A DNA stretch of 64,000 nucleotides, from positions 96,001 through 160,000 of the IMG/VR virus record IMGVR_UViG_3300030419_006251; one strand, written 5' to 3'. Made by a program: the position numbers and the translations under genes. This document shows, piece after piece, positions 28,617 to 39,000 of the stretch. Source of the DNA: a virus (Duplodnaviria; Caudoviricetes). Position 1 is the first letter of the stretch; the number at the start of each line of letters is the position of its first letter. The notes under the pieces were generated by a model. That model was given only the letters and a program-made list of their open reading frames with translations, searched no databases and was not told the DNA's origin.

Positions 28617-30542
28617 TTACTCTTCTACTCTAAACTTAATCTTGTCTGATAATTCAACCCAATCGCCAATAGAGCCATTGTAGTAGGCTAAGCGTATACC
28701 ATATGAATAGCCGGGCTCAAGCAACGACATATCTAAGTCGAAAAAACTTCCGGACGAATCATAGGACATTAAAGTGTGGGCAGTAGACCCGGTACCGTAT
28801 GAAATTGCATCAACCTTATCTACGACCCTATACACACTATATGAACCGCTCTCAATAATTTCACTATCAAGAGTTGCTATTGCTCTAGTATATATCGTAG
28901 GATCCCAATTTTTCTTACGAGCAAAAAATCTAAATCGAGCTTTTTCGTTAATGGAGTATGTCGATTTAATATTAAGGGGCGAAACAACATATTCTTGTGT
29001 TGGATCTGCTGTCCAAGCATACCCTTGATCGAATCTTTTAGGTTCAATAGCTGAACCTGTGTGAATTTGTTCGCGTCGATCTGCCGAAGAGGCGCCACCG
29101 GGATCTGCTCCTAAGAACCAAACATCAAATAGTGATTCTGTTAATTCTATAGAACTAGTGCATTGAAGCTGAACTTTATAAACTCCCGTGGAATCAACTG
29201 AGGCTGTGACGGCGTACACAGAACTCGGAGCAGCTGAATCGCCATCTTTAATTTGTAGAGCGGAGCCGGTCGGGCCGGCCGAGCCACTATATAGTGCGAC
29301 GGTAAGAGGGCTGTATGTAGCCATATTGGATGTTGAACCATACACTGCAGGAATTGCTTTAAGTTGGCCGCGAATATAGTTGTATAAATACAGATTATTA
29401 ATATTTTCAGAGTCGGCGAGCGAACTACTTAAGTAAAAACTGCCTCTATCATCTTTAACTGCTGAGTCCCAGCGGGCTTCAATAACGGGTCTCTTAAAGA
29501 AAAATTCAGTGCCACGAGCAAAAAATCTTTTTGTGTATGAAGAAGAAACAGCCGTTTCTGTATGTTCTGGTAATTTGAGCATCAATCCATAGTTTGTAAT
29601 ATCGCCGCCTAGCCATCCGACTTCAACAAGATCGGTTATGTCTATTTCTACATCTTCAATTCCTGTACCAAACGATGCAGTGTTTTGGCCGTATTTGCCA
29701 GTGAGAGAGAAGTCTCCACCTTCTGATGTCCATTCGGCCGCGCCATCGCCACCGGTGAAACTGCCGACAGTCAAGCCGGTACCCTCATCTGTATTAGTTT
29801 TGTTTCCAGCAATGCCGGGAGTGCCTTGTGTCACGGTGACAGTGGCATTAGTTGCGGCGGCTGAAAAACCTATAGAGGTACCGGCATTAATTCTAGCAAC
29901 AAGCTGCGCGGCAACTTCTGCTGCGGTAGTAGTGCCGACAAGACCAATTGTAACGGTGGTGCCGGGAGTATATGCAGTAGTGTTGCCACTAGTGCTTGTA
30001 CCTGTAGAAAGATTATATGTTGTCGTTGTGCCGTCAGAATCAGTTAGTGTAAAATCTTTGGTATCAACAATAGACGCTTCAGCAACAGCTGTAATAGTTG
30101 CCGTTGCAGCGGTACCGATCCCTGAAGAGCCCGATTTTGCAACCACCCAGTTTGCATATCCGTCATAATCGTAACCTTCCATGTCAAGGCCGCGGCCTTC
30201 ATCCCAATCGCTTGTAACAGGATATATATTCATGTAAAGGTTGTGCGGTACATTTTGAGAGTGTGCTGCATTGTATAATCTAAGATACCAACTGACGCTT
30301 CCAGAAGCAGGAATTGTTCCAGCTGTGCGATCTGATGCCATATTTGTCGTAGAAAACTTAATTAAAGATCTTGCCTTTTCTCGCGTTAAACCCGAAGATG
30401 CAGAAGCTTGTCCATATATAGAAAATACCTCTAAAATATCCGAGCCTCCCATATTAGAGCCGGTTCCCCGAGTAGACAAATCTTCTTTAAAAGAATCTGT
30501 TATCGTCGCATCTGAAATTGCCAAATATCTTTTAATAGCCAT
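28617..30542 (-). CDS. Virion protein with a DNRLRE/CBM96-like domain and an inserted ~121-aa module
   Basis: YLRLYN..PVTSDWDEG..W..EGGDF..DITDLV..W..NYGLMLK..FFAR..RP pattern; AATAT...FTGG insert at 29748-30110. Confidence 0.6.
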   Translation of the reverse strand: MAIKRYLAISDATITDSFKEDLSTRGTGSNMGGSDILEVFSIYGQASASSGLTREKARSLIKFSTTNMASDRTAGTIPASGSVSWYLRLYNAAHSQNVPHNLYMNIYPVTSDWDEGRGLDMEGYDYDGYANWVVAKSGSSGIGTAATATITAVAEASIVDTKDFTLTDSDGTTTTYNLSTGTSTSGNTTAYTPGTTVTIGLVGTTTAAEVAAQLVARINAGTSIGFSAAATNATVTVTQGTPGIAGNKTNTDEGTGLTVGSFTGGDGAAEWTSEGGDFSLTGKYGQNTASFGTGIEDVEIDITDLVEVGWLGGDITNYGLMLKLPEHTETAVSSSYTKRFFARGTEFFFKRPVIEARWDSAVKDDRGSFYLSSSLADSENINNLYLYNYIRGQLKAIPAVYGSTSNMATYSPLTVALYSGSAGPTGSALQIKDGDSAAPSSVYAVTASVDSTGVYKVQLQCTSSIELTESLFDVWFLGADPGGASSADRREQIHTGSAIEPKRFDQGYAWTADPTQEYVVSPLNIKSTYSINEKARFRFFARKKNWDPTIYTRAIATLDSEIIESGSYSVYRVVDKVDAISYGTGSTAHTLMSYDSSGSFFDLDMSLLEPGYSYGIRLAYYNGSIGDWVELSDKIKFRVEE

Positions 30543-32344
30543 TACTTAACGGTTCCTTCAATATCCATATTTGGGTATTTTAATTCTAATATTACATTAT
30601 CGGGTACTGCTATATATGTACCATCGGGCGCCCTCTGATCATCAAAATCAAATGTGGAGTTTGAATACAATGAGCCCTCTTTAGGTAAAATTTTAACACT
30701 CTTGACATCTAAAACTCCCTTGACACGATTTAATATTGTATATGCTTTAGAAATATATAATGGCTCTGCGATATCTAAAAGATTATTTCGGCCAGTATAT
30801 TGCCGTTTTAAGGCGCTCTGACAGCGTGATAAGACCGCGGTTTTATCCGCAGATGGATGAGCTTTAACTGAAAATGAGATTCCAAAATTCACAATTTTTG
30901 CATCGAGTATATCAATACTATCATTAATCATTCGATTGGTGTTCAGCCAGGCTTTTAAATTTTCTTTAGCAGTCATGGTCATGGCCGTTAAAGAACCATT
31001 TGCATTTTCACCGACCACATATAAATTTAAATTTCTTTTTAATGAATCCGGATCTCGAATGATGTTGCAGCGTTTAACAAATCCATATTTCGCCGGCATA
31101 GTATTAACTAAAGCGAGATAATCTTGTTTGGTAACTGCTCTATTCTGTGCTGCGAAATGGCCCAAGATTCTTCTTTTTAATTCAGTTGTTGTTGTTTCGG
31201 GAGTTCCGCCAGTTATTGGCTCATCATTAACAACTTCCAAAGAAGTTTGAACATCCTTTTTGTTTGCACCTGTTATCTTGTCCATGTTTCTAAAACGAAA
31301 TTTTGAATTTATCACAGAATTAATGCGACCTGCTGGAGCACTAGTTCTTCCCGGGGAATTCTGACGATATTTTATATTCAGTGTTGTGTTGACCGGACAT
31401 ATACCAAACTTGTCTGTATTTAGCATCTTCGAAGGATCAAATTCTCTGTCGGTGCTGAAGTCTTTTCCGTGCATATTTAAGGTAATGTTAAGCGGATCGT
31501 GTATACTCTTGGTGGTTAATTCAGAATCAGATCCGTATCCAAACTGCAGGAATAAAGAGTTGCCGGTTCTTTCCACAGTAAATCTTCTGGGGGCTATTAT
31601 TGGTTTTAAAACATTTACAACAACATCTTTATCACTATTTGTATTAATGATCGATTTATAAACCACATTTTGTGATAAGTGTTCAACTTCATAATATTCA
31701 TTGCCGTCTGAATCGGTAACAGAAATAATTTCTGATATTGCAGAATTTCCGACTCGAACTCTTTTAAACCTTTCAAATCCGGCAACCGCTACTTGTTTAA
31801 GACTATTTTGGCCGGAAACAACTTTACCCACAGTTTTGAGCGCATAGTGCGTTGGTACACCAGTATTAGCATTAACCTTACCCACGACCACTTCCACACT
31901 AGAGTTTGAAAAATCAACATCTTCTAATAAGCTAAAGGTTCCGCCGCCGGCAGATCCAAATATGCTAGATTTTTGTAATATTGGCAAATAATTTAAATCA
32001 GGGCCCAAGCCAGTAGAATTCGCTGGAACAAGCAGGTATAGTGAAATTAGGCCAAAGCTACTTGGGTATCCTGATTGTTTATATCCAAGTTGTCTGCCCA
32101 AGCGCACAATATTATTATATTCTACGGCCGTGTCTAAGAAAGTTTCATTAACTTGGTAGTCGATATAGAACGACATAACATCGCCAATATAGGCAACAGT
32201 ATCAAGCATTAGGGCGCCGAAAGAAGCTTCATTAAAATCTTGAAAAGTATCTGGATAATATCTCTTTGCATACTGCACTAAATCATTCTTTATTGAATTA
32301 AACTCTCTGCTAGTATAATTTATTGGTATTACTTTTGTTGGCAT
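30542..32344 (-). CDS. Baseplate wedge subunit (T4 gp6 / baseplate J-like)
   Basis: INYTSREFNSIKNDL..YYPDTFQDFNEASFGALMLDTVAYIGDVMSFYID..ETFLDTA..RLGRQLGY; PITGG..ETTTELK; QNRAVTKQDY. Confidence 0.85.
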   Translation of the reverse strand: MPTKVIPINYTSREFNSIKNDLVQYAKRYYPDTFQDFNEASFGALMLDTVAYIGDVMSFYIDYQVNETFLDTAVEYNNIVRLGRQLGYKQSGYPSSFGLISLYLLVPANSTGLGPDLNYLPILQKSSIFGSAGGGTFSLLEDVDFSNSSVEVVVGKVNANTGVPTHYALKTVGKVVSGQNSLKQVAVAGFERFKRVRVGNSAISEIISVTDSDGNEYYEVEHLSQNVVYKSIINTNSDKDVVVNVLKPIIAPRRFTVERTGNSLFLQFGYGSDSELTTKSIHDPLNITLNMHGKDFSTDREFDPSKMLNTDKFGICPVNTTLNIKYRQNSPGRTSAPAGRINSVINSKFRFRNMDKITGANKKDVQTSLEVVNDEPITGGTPETTTTELKRRILGHFAAQNRAVTKQDYLALVNTMPAKYGFVKRCNIIRDPDSLKRNLNLYVVGENANGSLTAMTMTAKENLKAWLNTNRMINDSIDILDAKIVNFGISFSVKAHPSADKTAVLSRCQSALKRQYTGRNNLLDIAEPLYISKAYTILNRVKGVLDVKSVKILPKEGSLYSNSTFDFDDQRAPDGTYIAVPDNVILELKYPNMDIEGTVK

Positions 32345-32360
32345 TTTATCCTCTTTTGAT

Positions 32361-32368
32361 TAATTAAT
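32361..32368 (-). promoter_or_regulatory. Candidate late promoter variant ATTAATTA
   Basis: ATATTAATTA, one mismatch from ATACTAATTA, upstream of the GAGG SD of the gp6-like gene. Confidence 0.35.
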
Positions 32369-32369
32369 A

Positions 32370-32966
32370 TCATACCCACCATCGTGTCGGAAAATCTTGT
32401 AATGAATCTTCAGATTCCGACTCGCTCTCTTCGCCTTCTTCATCATATTCGTCGGCGCCAGTAGAAGAAGGGTGCTCAGAATATCTCGGGCCGGGAGCAT
32501 CTGAATCTGCAGTATCGGATACTTCTTCGTCCGTTGGTTCCAATTCTAGTTCGCTTTCAGAGTCTGAAACCTCTAATATATCTGGAGTAGCCTGGAGATC
32601 AATCCAGGCAACCTCTCCTGTTGTTAAGATTCTAAAAGTTATATTAATTTTAAGCAGATTTTTATCAACATCGGTGCCTGTAAAATCAACACTTTGGATT
32701 TTAATATAGGGAAGATATTCTGCTGCCTGTGCTTTGATCGCGCTTTTTAGGTTATTCCTAACATATGGCAAATTCATTTCAAACAAATATTTTCTCATAC
32801 AGACGCCGAACTTGGGTTCCATTATTCGCTCGCCCGGGCAACAAAGAAGAAGATTCATAAAGTTTTGTACAGCCACCTGCTTCAATGACATATTTTGTGT
32901 GAATCCCGTATCGGGATCTATTTGAAATGGTAGAATTCTCGGTGAGTATCCGTGAGCTGATGACAT
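32370..32966 (-). CDS. Baseplate wedge protein (gp25/GPW-like) with an acidic C-terminal extension
   Basis: QNFMNLLLCCPGERIMEPKFGVCMRKYLFE..AEYLPYIKI..INITFRI gp25 pattern; lies directly upstream of the gp6-like gene. Confidence 0.85.
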   Translation of the reverse strand: MSSAHGYSPRILPFQIDPDTGFTQNMSLKQVAVQNFMNLLLCCPGERIMEPKFGVCMRKYLFEMNLPYVRNNLKSAIKAQAAEYLPYIKIQSVDFTGTDVDKNLLKINITFRILTTGEVAWIDLQATPDILEVSDSESELELEPTDEEVSDTADSDAPGPRYSEHPSSTGADEYDEEGEESESESEDSLQDFPTRWWV

Positions 32967-33005
32967 TTTAATTCCTCACTAACTAAGTATTAGCTTTTTA
33001 ATAAT

Positions 33006-36000
33006 TTAGCCACTATTATATGCCGCTTTTTCAGCATCGGCGCCCATATCATCGTCGCATTCGGGTCCTTCTAACTGCCTATTGACAAAAAACTTAGGAT
33101 TCCAATCAAAGAAAGGAGGCAAATTAACCTTAAATTTAAACTTAGGAAGAGAGAACTTACCATTTACTTTATTATCCCAATCATAGGCGTGCATAAAAAA
33201 GTCTCTTAGTAGCTCTTTAGTTTCTCCAAAGGGCGGGGCTTTGCCGTATTTATCCCAGTTTCTGTAACTCTTCTTTTTCTGTTGACCTTTAAACCAAAGC
33301 AGCCAATCGCCGGTTTCGAGGCCTGGGCCGGCGCTATGTTGTATATTTCTCATAAATTGGCCGATTCGAGAACCATCGTAAGGATCACCGGGGCCATCGC
33401 CCGGGGCGTTTTCAGGACTAACCTCTTGATACCACCCATCGTCCATTCCAATAGAATCTAAGAAACAGTGCATCATATAGATTGTTGGTAATGACAAAAA
33501 TCTATCTAATGCGAATACATATTCAAATAATGTTCTGAACTCTGTGTCGCTTATAAATTGGTCCAGCATACATTCAAAGTCATAATCTTCTACGATATCA
33601 AAATTATTAATTTTAAGATCTCCAGGAATTTCAATTTCTGTCGATGCTATGGGAATTAAATTAACCGGATCTCCTCCCAAATATTCAATATTAAATGCTT
33701 TATTTTTTAATGATATATCGCTAGAAACTTGGCCGCACAACTGTTGAATATCGGAAGTTCCGTGAAAACTAGGGACATAAGATAATCTAAGGCCATATGA
33801 CCACTTCTCAAATAAGTCAGAAATTTTATAACTGTCTTCTTCATCTCCCTCTTCGGTCGTAGATGTGTAAGTAAAATTATTGTTTTCGGAAAGATAAGTT
33901 TTCCACTCCTCCATATTAACAATTTTAAATAGGTGCTCTGAGCGCGAGCCGGTGTCTAAATCAATAGCGGCTTCAGAAGAATCTTCATAATCTTCAATTT
34001 TTATATATTTTTCAACCACAAATCCTCCGTTTTGTAAATATGCAAAGTTGCCAGAATAATAGCCTTCGCCGCCAAAACGATCTTCCTGCAAATCAACTGC
34101 GACATCTGTCACATAAGCTCCGATAGGTCCTTCTGATAAGTTTAATCCTCCTTGCAGAAAGTGTAGCTGTAAGTTATCAATTTCGGAGCATGCCCAATTT
34201 GCAAATTTTCCCGAACCTTCTTCGAATTCATGTCTGAAAAGTTCTTTTGCTACAGTGGTCATGTATGGTTCGCTATTCTCCCACACCTTTCTTCTCCGAG
34301 CTTTGCGTTTTCTATGAAACCAGTCGGCTTGTGGCTGGTTATATAGTTTAGTATTAATTTCATCAATTTTCTCAACCGCCATAAGAGCTTCTGCTGAACC
34401 TGACATATTTCCAGCCGAAACCTGTCTAGCATACATTGCGCAGCATTGTTCTAAAAATTTATAATCATAGCGATTGTGACCTTTACTTATTCTTCCAAGC
34501 GAGCCAAATATTTTGCTTCTTCTAGAATATTGAAATAAAGATTCTCTTAGATTTGCAAATATATATGCTGCTAATAAGTCTCCAAAACAGCCGGTCGAAG
34601 GATTAAACTTCATAAATGCCGGAACGGCACAAATCATTTTTTCGAATATCGTTGTACGCATTGTGGCCTTAATATAACCCTCTATCTTTGCTTTTGATTC
34701 TCGATCATTAACTCGATCAAACGGAGGATCCCAAACACAACTTGGATCAGAAGACACGCGATCATCAGAATCAATGTTGTCCATTGCTTTCGAGATGTGT
34801 TCTGCTACACCGCTCCAATTAAAGATATCGGCACTTACCTGCTCTTCGCAAGGATTCGCGGGGCCGGGCAAATATTCGTCTGCTATTCTTGCCCAACCTT
34901 TTTGATATTGTTGGTGTACATAGTAAGCCCCTACTCCATACTCTTCTTCTGGCAAATCAACGATCTCTGACAGGCCCTCACTTCCCGGTACCGGGACGGG
35001 CCGGTACCACCCAGTATCCTCATTATTATTTGGATGGTATGGAAATTCTTTGCGGTTTTTCTTCCGGGTACTTCGAGGAAGCGGAATTTCTTTCTTATCT
35101 TCATCATCTCCCTTGAATTTAGATATACCAGCATCCAAACACTCTTCTTCAGAAAGTTCTTTTAAATAAAAATTTAACAGGCCGCTGTCCCACGCATCGT
35201 CATCATCTGAGATTTGCGCAGCATATTCTTCGACAAAACTTTCACATAAGCCTGAGTAATCTTGTCCGTAAAGCTTCTGCCACACTGATTCTAAATTGCT
35301 TTGTTCCGCTTCTTCTCCAGATTCAACAATTGCAGATTCAATAACATTGGTGATGTGTGTTGCCCATATAGTAGGCTTTTGCTGTCTATTAGCCACATCT
35401 AATTCCATCGAAGATATGTGGTCTAATATGTCTGAGTCTAAAGCGCGGACGACTCTGATTATTGGATCCAGCGCGGATTTGGAGCGACTTGAGTTTGGCG
35501 CGCCGTTTGATAGCGGACCGAATCCTTTGAAAAAAGAATCAAAATTTCCTCTCCGATCTTTATCAAACTGCATTGTATATTCTCCGACTGAGCTGGCCGC
35601 CTGACTACTTCTGCTGACTCCAATTGCGTTTGGCACTAGTCTGAAAATATGAAGCTTTCCAACATCCTTAGTTAATTCTTCTTCGTCATAAAGCGCTGTG
35701 TCAGTATATCCCTCGGGTATAAAGTCTAATTCATTTCTTTCTTCATTCCAAAAATGAAAATGATATGCTGGCTGGCCAGCCTCCTTGTGTGAGTTAGCAC
35801 CCATAGATGGATCCGTACCCATAAATTGCATCCTAGCATGCGGTTCTGGATAATAGTGGAACTTCTCTTTTCCTATTTTATATTTGCGATATATAACATA
35901 TCTGGGATCATATTCATATTCTACTCCCCAATCAGTAGCAATTCTTTTATAAGCTTCATTAACTTCCCAAACATCATAAGCTGTTGATTCATCCTTATCG

Positions 36001-39000
36001 AGTTTTCGATCGTTTGAGTCTAATTCGTGATAATACTTTTTAGTATCCTCCCATACGCGACCATAGGAAGAAACATATACATTTTTTCCTTGATAAGTGC
36101 CTAAAGAATTATCCCACGATTTTGAAAATCCGCCGTCAAGAGCACCATAACCAACACCTTCGACTGGATCAAAATTTAAAAATGTAAAATTTCTACCGTA
36201 ATTATCGATTACAGTGCTAGAGGCGATCTCCCTATGAACTCTAATTGTGGCGCCTTCTTCTGTAGCGCCTGAACGCATGATGTCTCGAAGATATTTTCCA
36301 ACTGTTTCTGGGTTTCCAGCAATTGCTTTTTCTAACAAATCGACCAATCTTCTATCGTGTTCTTGTTTTCCTCGGCCGTCCATGTCTGACTGGATTCTAT
36401 CCATTAATCCGCCGGGACCGATAAGCTCTCTTTCATATGTTATTTGCAAGAACTGAATATCATCTCCCACATCATTGGCGAACATACTACGATCAAAAGC
36501 AGTATCTCTAGGAAGAAAGCTGCCATCATCCATATTCTCACAAGGTATTAAAGAGCCTGTCGGCAGAAGATTACTAATATCTCCACCAGACTGCGCTAAT
36601 TTTAAAGCCTCATCAAGTGTAGAATCTAAATCTGCTAAAGTAGAATCCGTCAAATGCTCACATGCTTCTTCCGGGATTCCTAAATTACAAAATGCATCCT
36701 TAATAGGTTCTCGAACTCCACAAAACGGAATTACAGGCCCACAACCATCTTCGTCAACGCAACTCTTACTTTCCAAATAAGAATCTCTTAATGCGTCAAT
36801 AGTTTTGGTTCCAATAAAAGTTTGACCAATAGTTTTGTAAAGAGCGCGAAGATTGTTTGCATTTCCAAGTGTACCCGCCAAAGGTGTCTCGCTGTATCTA
36901 TAAAAGTCTGCTGCATCTCTTAATGCACGAGTTGATGGTGAACCACCGAGCAATTCTAAAGAGTCCCTTACTGATGCCACTTCCATATAGCTACCCATAG
37001 ATGTCAGGGCGATTTCGCCGATTGCAAGTAGCTCTTCTTCCGTCTGAGCGCCGGTGGCGCCTAAAGCAGATAAGATAGTCGCCATTGCTGTTGCTATTTC
37101 ATTGTCTGTAGCATTCGTGCCACACATAGTATCTTTTAACAAATTAGAGAACTCGCCGGCGCTCATTAAGCCAGTGGCCGTAAGTGCGGCTGAACCTAAA
37201 ACATTCATCAAAGAACAAAGTACTCCGAATATCCATTCAAGTATTTTTTTCAACATAGTCATTAAAGCTTGTACAATTGCTGCTTCCAAAGCGGCGAGTA
37301 TTAAATTGCCAATGGCTTTCATGGCATCCCAAAATCTATATGGTCTATTGAAAACAATTCTAGGAATTATAAGTGGTTTTCCAGATCTACAAAATCCGAA
37401 GTCCCACTGAGATATCGCCCTCGTCAGATCATTATACCAGCCCTTGATCGGCGGATGAAAAATTGCAACGCCAGGGCACTTAGTTAAGTCAATCAAATTT
37501 CTTAAAAATGTGAATCCAGGAATATTTTCTAATAAATCTAAAATTTCATCCGGTTGAAGCAAGTCCATTAAAGCTTTAATGTATGCGTCTTTGATATCTT
37601 TTACGGCGCCGGAATCTACTAAAACAGAACCTAATGTTTTTGTCTTGCTAGCATCATCTGTCCCTTGGTATGATGGGGTTATTGTTGCCGCATCGGCCAA
37701 ACCTTCTTCATAAGCTTCTTGTTTTGCAGCACTATTTACTGGATCGTCTATGCTGCTGTGTGAGGTTGTCCATCGAAGCGTTTCTGTCTGAGTAGTCGTG
37801 GTATAATCGTCGGGGCCCAAGCCGGTCTGTTCTGTAGTGGTTAAAGTGACTTCTTGTTCTCGATTCATGGTTGTCGGATTTTCATTCAACTGTTCTTGTG
37901 CGGCTTCATAGTGCTTTTGTATTGCCGCGTCTTGTAGTACCTGGGCTGTTCTTTGCTGCCTCTCCAGTGAAGGTTCCTTGTCCCATGGTCTCCAATCTTG
38001 AAGATTCTCAGAAAGGCCTGCGGTAGCGTTGGCAGCTATCTCATTCTGCACATGAGGAGGTAAACCTACCAGAAGCCTTTTAAACAAATTCATGTCCATA
38101 TTCTGAAGTGCGCTTATTAAGGCTTTTTCAAGAATGTCACCAAAATCTACACCATTGAACAGACATTGAAATAAAGTTTCCAAAAAGTCCAACAGACCAC
38201 AAACACCTAATTGGCCTAAAATCTTACGCCACAAGTCATCAGCCGATCTAATATAATCCAAACTATCAATCATTTGTGACATAAACGGATCATTAGTTAG
38301 TACTTGATTAACCGCGGCTTTTGTTGCCTCTTCTAAGTCTTGCCCAAATGGTGATTTAACGAGTTTCCCCTCGGGATCCCCCCGGGGATCACGAAGTCTA
38401 GTTCCGGTGTTTTCCGGGTCATCTGGTGTGTGGTATTTTGTCCAATAATCTGCCCACGCCTCAGAGCCTTCTTCGATCGTTTGGCAAAGCTGTTGATCGA
38501 ATTTGCTTGTTAAAGTTTCAATAAATACATTTACACCGCTCTGTAGGATTCCTTCTAAAGCGCTTGAGGTGGAATTGCAAGCAGGGTCGTTGTCCGCTAA
38601 TTCGTTAAAGTTCGCAATTCTTACTTTTGGATATGTCCATAATGTAATAAAGTCTTGCCACTCCATAGGAGTTGTGGCTTTTGCAACATCATCCATATAT
38701 GTAATCGAAGCAACATAAGCCATCGTTCGCGGATCTGTTTGAGGATAGGTATTAGCAAAATCATCCCATCCTTTTGCAATTTTAAACTCAGGATTAACAA
38801 ATGGGTTCATTAAATATTCTTCGTCATCATATTTTTCTTGCAACAATGTCTTATAATAGTCTTGCCCAGTAAGAGTGATGGGTGGGCAGCCCCGAAGATT
38901 ATATGTCACGCTTTGGATAGAATATGTTGGAGAAAATTCTATTTTTATATTCTCAATTCCATTTTTCTTGTTGTGTTCGCCCAAATAAGTAAATTGCCAT

